NCBI GenBank assembly: GCA_965242725.1 | Contig: CBDESZ010000018.1 | Location: 288,001-352,000 of the forward strand | Direction of reading: 5' to 3' | Length of the DNA stretch: 64,000 nt | From: Alkalispirochaeta sp. | GTDB taxonomy: Bacteria; Spirochaetota; Spirochaetia; DSM-27196; Alkalispirochaetaceae | Shown: positions 58,602 through 64,000 of the stretch, in pieces | Layout: each line of letters starts with the position of its first letter | Numbering within the stretch: the first letter of the stretch is position 1 | Notes under the pieces: model-generated | What the model was told of the DNA's origin: nothing | What the model saw: the letters and a program-made list of their open reading frames with translations, nothing else | Database searches by the model: none | Made by a program: the position numbers and the translations under genes

Positions 58602-61405
58602 CTTTCAACCTCCACGGGGGACGGTGATTCTTCAGGTTCCTTGCCGTCGATACGCACCGCCACGATCTGGCTCACCCCGCTCTCCTGCATGGTGACTCCC
58701 AGGAGGGTGTTTGCCCCCGCGACGGTCTTCTTGTTGTGGGTTATTACGATAAACTGGGAGTGTTCCGCAAATTCATGGAGCATGTTTACGAAGCGGGACA
58801 CGTTGTGTTCGTCCAGGGCCGCGTCGATCTCGTCAAGCAGGGTGAACGGACTTGGCCTGACCATAAAGGTGGCGAAGAGAAGGGCTACCGCCGTCAGGCT
58901 CCGCTCTCCTCCGGACAGGAGGGCGATATTCTCCAGTTTTTTCCCCGGCGGCTGGACGAGAATATCGATCCCCGAATCGAGAACGTTGTCGGGATCAACC
59001 AGACGAAGTTCCGCGCGCCCGCCTCCGAAGAGACGTCGAAAGACGGAATGGAAGTTCTTGCGGATCCGGTTGTAGGTCTCCACAAAGAGTTGCTCCGATT
59101 CCCGCTTGATTTCCGATGTAACCTGAATGAGGTCCGCCCGGGCAGTTCGCAGGTCCTCAACCTGGGAGTGAAGAAACTCATACCGATCGGAAACCTCGGC
59201 AAATTCCTCGACGGCCATGAGGTTGACGCTTCCAAGGGCCTTTACCTCATCCTTGACGGTGGAAATAGCGGTCCGCAGCTCCTTTTGATCTCCCTGATTG
59301 GTCGGCTTCCGGTCTTCAAACTCCCGAAGATCCCGGCCGTGGCGCTCGGAGAAGCCGTCGTAGAGGGTGCGAATTTCGGTGCGTTTTTCAGTCCTCTTGA
59401 CCTGTACCTCTTCCAGCTTTTCCTGTGTCTTTGCCAGTTCCTGCAGCTTTTCCTTGAGATTCCGTTCCTCGTCCTTGAGAGACTTGTTGTCCGATGCGAT
59501 CGCCGTTTCGAGGGTCGAAATTTCTTCCCGGAGAACCTTCTCCTGTTCCTCCAGCCCCCGATGTTCCTCCCGCAGGGCTTCGATATTTTGCGTCATTTCC
59601 GAGACCCTGCTGCGGTCTCGATGGATGCGATTTTCAAGTTCGACGATACTCTTACGGTTCTCTTCAAGCTCCCTGGCGTGCCGTTTTGCAGTTTCCCGCT
59701 GTGTCTGGGCGCGATTTACCAGTTGCACCCGGTACAGCCGCAATTCCTCAAGGTTGGTCCGTTCCGTTTCAATGGTTTTTTCAAGCGCCGCAATCTCGTC
59801 ATGGAGCTCACCGTTCCGGCGACGCAACTCGCTGCTGCCTTCATGCAACGCCTCAATCCGCTCGTCCAGTGAACGTTTACGCGTGATTGTCCCTTCCGGC
59901 GCGAGAAAATCGTCAAGAAAGCGGGGGATGGTCCCCTGATATGTCTCAAATGAGGAGGTTACGGCGTGCCAGGAGTCACCAATCGCACCGAGCGCCTGTT
60001 CCGCCGCCTGCCTGCGGTCACCCTCCTTTTCCTGAAGGGTCAGTCTGTCGAGAAGGGCGTTCCTCCGTCCCTGAATGACGATGCCGTGATTGTCCATGGC
60101 GGAACGGAGTGCCTCCTCCGCCCGCTGACGTTCCGCGGCGGAATAGCCCGACTCCCGCAGTTTGCTGTCCAGGGCGGTCACGAGCTCATCGGTAACCGTT
60201 CGCAGCTCCCGCTGCCGGACCGTCACCTCTTCGTCATTTGCGGTAATGGCGGCGTCGTTGCGTGCGATCTGCTCCCGCGCCTCTTTCTGTCGCTGCCTGC
60301 TCCGCTCGATCCGCCCTTCCACGCCTGAAATGGACTCATCGATTTCCGTACATTCCCGGTCTGTTGCTTCCGCGGCCGCAACTGCGGAAGCCCGAGCTTC
60401 TTCGAGTTCCGCCGATTTCCCCTTCTGCGTCTCGAGCCGCGCCTGCTCCCCGGCAATCTGTTCCTCCAGCGCGTCCATCTGCCCCCGTATCAGGGCGATT
60501 CGCTCAATACGGGATCCCTTTTCCACTTCTACACCGTAAAGCTTTTTCTGACTTTCAATGAGGCGTGTCTCCATGGTGGTGACCCTTGAAAGTTCTTCTT
60601 CAAGCTTTTCGTTGAGGGCGTCGATCTGCCTCTTTATCGTCCGTCGCTCACCCTCCAGCGTCTCGTAGCGGTTTTCCGACGTTGACTGCTGTTCTTTCAG
60701 CTGCGCCAGCCTGAGGAGCTGCAAATCGAGTTCCAGATCGAAGAGCGTCGTTCGCAGTTCCCGATAACGCTGCGTCTTTTCAGCCTGCTTCTGCAGGGTA
60801 TCGTAGGAGCGCTTCACCTCGGAGAGGACGGAGGCGACTTCATGCATATTTGCTTCCGTCCGTTCCAGTTTCCGGTCTGCCTCACGACCACGCATTTTGT
60901 AGCGGGTGATCCCGGCGGCTTCCTCAAAGAGGGTTCTCCGGTCTTCCGGTCTTGTGGAAAGAATCTGGTCGATTTTTCCCTGTTCCATTATGGAATAGGC
61001 GGATTTCCCGATTCCCGTGTCGTAAAAGAGTTCACGTATGTCCTTCAGCTTGACCGGTGCACCATTGATGAAGTATTCGCTCTCACCGGAACGGAAGAGG
61101 CGTCGTTTCACCGTAATTTCCGGAACATCCAGAGGAAGGAGCCCGTTGTTTTCAAGGGTCAGCGTGACTTCCGCGACATTTACCGCCTTCCGGCTGTCCG
61201 TTCCATTGAAGATCACATCTTCCATGCGTTCCGCACGGAGGCTCTTTGTTGCCTGTTCTCCAAGCACCCACTTCACGGCATCGACGACATTGCTCTTTCC
61301 GCACCCGTTCGGACCGATGAGGGCGGATATTCCGTCGGTAAAACCGATATGGCTTTTGTCTGCGAAAGATTTGAATCCGAACAGATCTACACTCTTTAAA
61401 AACAC
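58598..61405 (-). CDS. smc: Chromosome segregation ATPase SMC (short form)
   Basis: GFKSFA, GPNGCGKSN, QG Q-loop, LSGGE, LLDEIDAALD; 935 aa. Confidence 0.92.
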   Translation of the reverse strand: MFLKSVDLFGFKSFADKSHIGFTDGISALIGPNGCGKSNVVDAVKWVLGEQATKSLRAERMEDVIFNGTDSRKAVNVAEVTLTLENNGLLPLDVPEITVKRRLFRSGESEYFINGAPVKLKDIRELFYDTGIGKSAYSIMEQGKIDQILSTRPEDRRTLFEEAAGITRYKMRGREADRKLERTEANMHEVASVLSEVKRSYDTLQKQAEKTQRYRELRTTLFDLELDLQLLRLAQLKEQQSTSENRYETLEGERRTIKRQIDALNEKLEEELSRVTTMETRLIESQKKLYGVEVEKGSRIERIALIRGQMDALEEQIAGEQARLETQKGKSAELEEARASAVAAAEATDRECTEIDESISGVEGRIERSRQRQKEAREQIARNDAAITANDEEVTVRQRELRTVTDELVTALDSKLRESGYSAAERQRAEEALRSAMDNHGIVIQGRRNALLDRLTLQEKEGDRRQAAEQALGAIGDSWHAVTSSFETYQGTIPRFLDDFLAPEGTITRKRSLDERIEALHEGSSELRRRNGELHDEIAALEKTIETERTNLEELRLYRVQLVNRAQTQRETAKRHARELEENRKSIVELENRIHRDRSRVSEMTQNIEALREEHRGLEEQEKVLREEISTLETAIASDNKSLKDEERNLKEKLQELAKTQEKLEEVQVKRTEKRTEIRTLYDGFSERHGRDLREFEDRKPTNQGDQKELRTAISTVKDEVKALGSVNLMAVEEFAEVSDRYEFLHSQVEDLRTARADLIQVTSEIKRESEQLFVETYNRIRKNFHSVFRRLFGGGRAELRLVDPDNVLDSGIDILVQPPGKKLENIALLSGGERSLTAVALLFATFMVRPSPFTLLDEIDAALDEHNVSRFVNMLHEFAEHSQFIVITHNKKTVAGANTLLGVTMQESGVSQIVAVRIDGKEPEESPSPVEVER

Positions 61406-61446
61406 ACTTGCTCCACTCTAAAAGTCCCCGTAGTATACCGTAGATC

Positions 61447-62194
61447 ATGGAGCGCCCCAAGGGACATTACACGATATGTGGTATCGACGAAGTCGGTCGC
61501 GGACCGCTGGCGGGACCCGTCACCGCCGCCGCTCTGATTCTTCCGGAACACTACGATAGCGCCGAATTGAGAGATTCAAAGGCGCTCTCCCCCCGTCGAC
61601 GTGATGCCATTGAGGGGGCGCCTCGTGGCGGCGGGAGCTCAATTCGGCATCGGCTGGGTATACCCCGACGAAATCGACACCATCAATATTCACAACGCCG
61701 CACTTCTCGCGATGACCCGCGCCCTCGAATCACTCTTTCAGATTCTGCCCCCGTCCACGGGACCGCTCCATCTGATTGTGGACGGGAAATTCACTCCCGA
61801 AATTCCATCGATCGGCGCCGGCGGAGAACACTCCGTCGCCGGGTGTACCGCAATGGTGCGCGCCGACGGAACGGTGCCTGAAGTCATGGCGGCGAGCATT
61901 ATCGCAAAAACCGCCCGTGACCGCCTCATGGTCTCCTACGGCGAGTCATTTCCGGAATATGGATTTGAACGGCACATGGGGTATCCTACGCCGGCTCACA
62001 AGGAAGCGCTCAGGCGATACGGTCCGACATCAATACATCGAATATCATTTCGCGGCGTAGCCGCGGATAGTCCGGACCGTCAATATCGCTCGCCCCCCGT
62101 CATGACCATGTCCGCGTCCCCGGTCCCGTCCACCCCGCTCGCCCTCGCCGGAGCGACGGCTTTCCGGCCGTTTTCCCCGCTTCCTGCTCTCTAG
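61447..62194 (+). CDS. rnhB: Ribonuclease HII, with an apparent +1 G at 61614-61618 (true stop probably ~62106)
   Basis: [14 protein letters not shown] and DSK in ORF 61447; EIDTINI, VDG, AASIIAK, GYPT..H in ORF 61601. Confidence 0.9.
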
Positions 62195-62416
62195 AAACTC
62201 CACGATCGTTTCCAGTCCTTTTTGAAAGATTTCGATATCGTCTTCAAAGACGACGATCTGATGCCGGTCAAACTGTTCCGAGCCTTCCTGTTTCTTGCTC
62301 TCGACAATCGTCAAAAAGACATCGTTTCTCCTGTTTTCTTTCACATTGAAGAAGTAGGTTCGTCGGTCGTTGCGGCTCTTGGCGCGAGCGGAAAAAAGTT
62401 CGCCTCGTACTCCCAT
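62045..62416 (-). CDS. PUR-family/DUF3276 DNA/RNA-binding protein
   Basis: MGVRGELFS..RTYFFNVKENR..FLTIVESK..DRHQIVVFEDD. Confidence 0.82.
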   Translation of the reverse strand: MGVRGELFSARAKSRNDRRTYFFNVKENRRNDVFLTIVESKKQEGSEQFDRHQIVVFEDDIEIFQKGLETIVEFLESRKRGKRPESRRSGEGERGGRDRGRGHGHDGGRAILTVRTIRGYAAK

Positions 62417-63115
62417 TTACTTGCTCCTTTGCGCCGGTATTCGGCGAATATAATGCTCCGTCTTGAGTGAAACGTCCCGGTAATACCCTCTCAGGGATTC
62501 GGGCAGCAGTATGGCCAGCTGATACATGATTTCGTCGGCCATCTTTCGTAAATCATCCCGGGTCGGGGCGGCGCCACCGGGAATATCGAGATAAAAGGGC
62601 ACCCCCACACGAAAGTGCAGCCGGGTCCGCCGCAGGCGCCGCAAATTGGAAAAGAGGTCCTGTATTCCCCACTGAACAACCGGAAAGATGGGAACATTTG
62701 CACTTGTCGCAAGCAGCGCGGCGCCGGGCCGCCCGCGCTGGAGCGTTCCGGACTTGCTGCGCGTCCCCTCAGGGGCAATTCCCAGTATCTCCCCCCGCGC
62801 CAGTGCCGCCCGGGCGCGGTGAAGGGCTTTCCGGTCCGGTCCGCCCCGGTTCAGGGGAATGATGTTCCACAGCTGCATGAAAAAACGGGTTGCCGGGTTC
62901 CCCCAGAGTTCCCGTTTTCCCAGGGCCGTCTTCCGGCGGGGATCGAGAAGCACATAATATATCGGCCCTTCCAGATTGGTGGAATGGTTGGTAACGAGGA
63001 TACCGGGACCGTGCATCGGAATTGACGAAAGTTCGTCCTTATCGATCTTACAGATCACCCGGAGTATCCCTCGGATTGTACTGTTTATGATAAATTCAGC
63101 GAAAGGCATAGACAT
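62417..63115 (-). CDS. Lysophospholipid/1-acylglycerol-3-phosphate acyltransferase family protein
   Basis: NHSTNLE (HX4D-type motif with Glu), APEGTRS, VPIFPV. Confidence 0.87.
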   Translation of the reverse strand: MSMPFAEFIINSTIRGILRVICKIDKDELSSIPMHGPGILVTNHSTNLEGPIYYVLLDPRRKTALGKRELWGNPATRFFMQLWNIIPLNRGGPDRKALHRARAALARGEILGIAPEGTRSKSGTLQRGRPGAALLATSANVPIFPVVQWGIQDLFSNLRRLRRTRLHFRVGVPFYLDIPGGAAPTRDDLRKMADEIMYQLAILLPESLRGYYRDVSLKTEHYIRRIPAQRSK

Positions 63116-63129
63116 TCATAATTCTCCTG

Positions 63130-63158
63130 TGGACACTTTATCATTTCCATCCTAGAAT
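63130..63158 (+). promoter_or_regulatory. sigma70-type promoter for the PilZ gene
   Basis: TGGACA-N17-TAGAAT upstream of SD AAGGAGG. Confidence 0.55.
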
Positions 63159-63178
63159 TCCTCAACGAAGGAGGGTTC

Positions 63179-64000
63179 ATGCTCGGTGACATTAGCAGTG
63201 GTTTCAGTACATCCACAACGGAAACCTATATATTCCTTGCGATTCTCGGAGCAATCTTCCTCTCCTTTCTACTCTTTCAGGGACTTAGAAAACGGTCCCA
63301 GAAAAAAGCTGCCGAAGAACGCCGAAAAAACCCGCAAAAGCCAATATTACGAACCTACACTCATAGTCGTCGAGATCTCATCACCCTTTCAAGTCGGGAG
63401 CAACGGACATTAGACCATCTTGCGTGGTTTCTCAAGGACCCCTCACGACAGGATAAACTCAAGGAAGACGACGCGCTGCTTGTAAAGGCGTCACGGAAGG
63501 GAATCAGGGAAGGAATCGTGGGAGAGGCGGAGGTACTCCGCCTGTTGAACAAGCTGGAGGTAGATTCGGAGGCGCTGACCCAGGGACGGCGGGACACCGC
63601 TTCCATTCCCACCGGGGCGGAGACGTCGATCTCCGACAGAAACCTGAATATGGCCGTCGGAGAGCTGCTGCTGGGCAACGACAAGGGGCTTTCCGTTCGT
63701 ATCGACAAGGGCGTGCAGACCTTCCCCGTGGGGACTCACGTCGAGGTTGTCTGCAACAGCAACGAAGGTATGTACCGATTTCACAGCACCGTTCAGAAAC
63801 GGGACGGGAAGACTGTGTGGCTCCAGCATTCAAAACACGTTGAACATGTACAGCGGCGCAAGTACCGTCGCCGTGAGGCTGAACTACCGGTGGAAATTAC
63901 GATACCCGGTATTTCCCTCAAGCCGATCCGGACGAAAACGATCGATATCAGCATCGGCGGCACGGCGTTGAAAAATCCCCGGAAGCGGATCGGCGTGGGA
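63179..64000 (+). CDS. Membrane-anchored PilZ-domain protein (partial, runs off the window)
   Basis: Not in the ORF track. Manual translation from ATG 63179 shows an N-terminal TM, QRRKYRR (RxxxR) and DISIGG (DxSxxG) c-di-GMP motifs. Confidence 0.85.
   Translation, partial: MLGDISSGFSTSTTETYIFLAILGAIFLSFLLFQGLRKRSQKKAAEERRKNPQKPILRTYTHSRRDLITLSSREQRTLDHLAWFLKDPSRQDKLKEDDALLVKASRKGIREGIVGEAEVLRLLNKLEVDSEALTQGRRDTASIPTGAETSISDRNLNMAVGELLLGNDKGLSVRIDKGVQTFPVGTHVEVVCNSNEGMYRFHSTVQKRDGKTVWLQHSKHVEHVQRRKYRRREAELPVEITIPGISLKPIRTKTIDISIGGTALKNPRKRIGVG

Overview
Core chromosomal region of a free-living spirochaete (Spirochaetaceae-like, inferred from the long GreA, FlaB flagellin, DUF5312-like and PUR-family genes, and gene order). 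It is almost all housekeeping: greA, rpe, dtd, prs-like, recA-scpA-scpB-rluB-cmk-rpsA, a GAF/sigma54 activator-TPR-CHASE2 adenylate cyclase block, mazG, mreBCD-mrdA-rodA-radical SAM, RNase P RNA, dnaG-rpoD, a giant Ig-repeat/OmpA protein, tRNA-Tyr and tRNA-Thr, map, thiN, flaB, cca, rnc-acpP-rpmF-coaD, ffh-rpsP-khpA-rimM-trmD-rplS, smc, rnhB and a PilZ protein. I saw no mobile element, CRISPR array or defence island. Several conserved genes (prs-like, recA, scpB, the sigma54 activator, rnhB) carry single-base indels, mostly in homopolymers, which are probably long-read assembly errors. Best leads: (1) a sigma28-type promoter matching the flaB promoter upstream of an uncharacterised exported TPR/coiled-coil gene; (2) a cassette behind rplS with FliK-like, FlhB-C-like, degenerate HD-GYP and FlgM-like genes; (3) a possible cAMP-GAF-sigma54 module; (4) recurrent -10 boxes 5-7 nt before start codons, suggesting leaderless mRNAs; (5) an SMC without a recognisable hinge; (6) zinc-free DnaG and L32 variants. 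All family calls are by eye from motifs; no searches were run.
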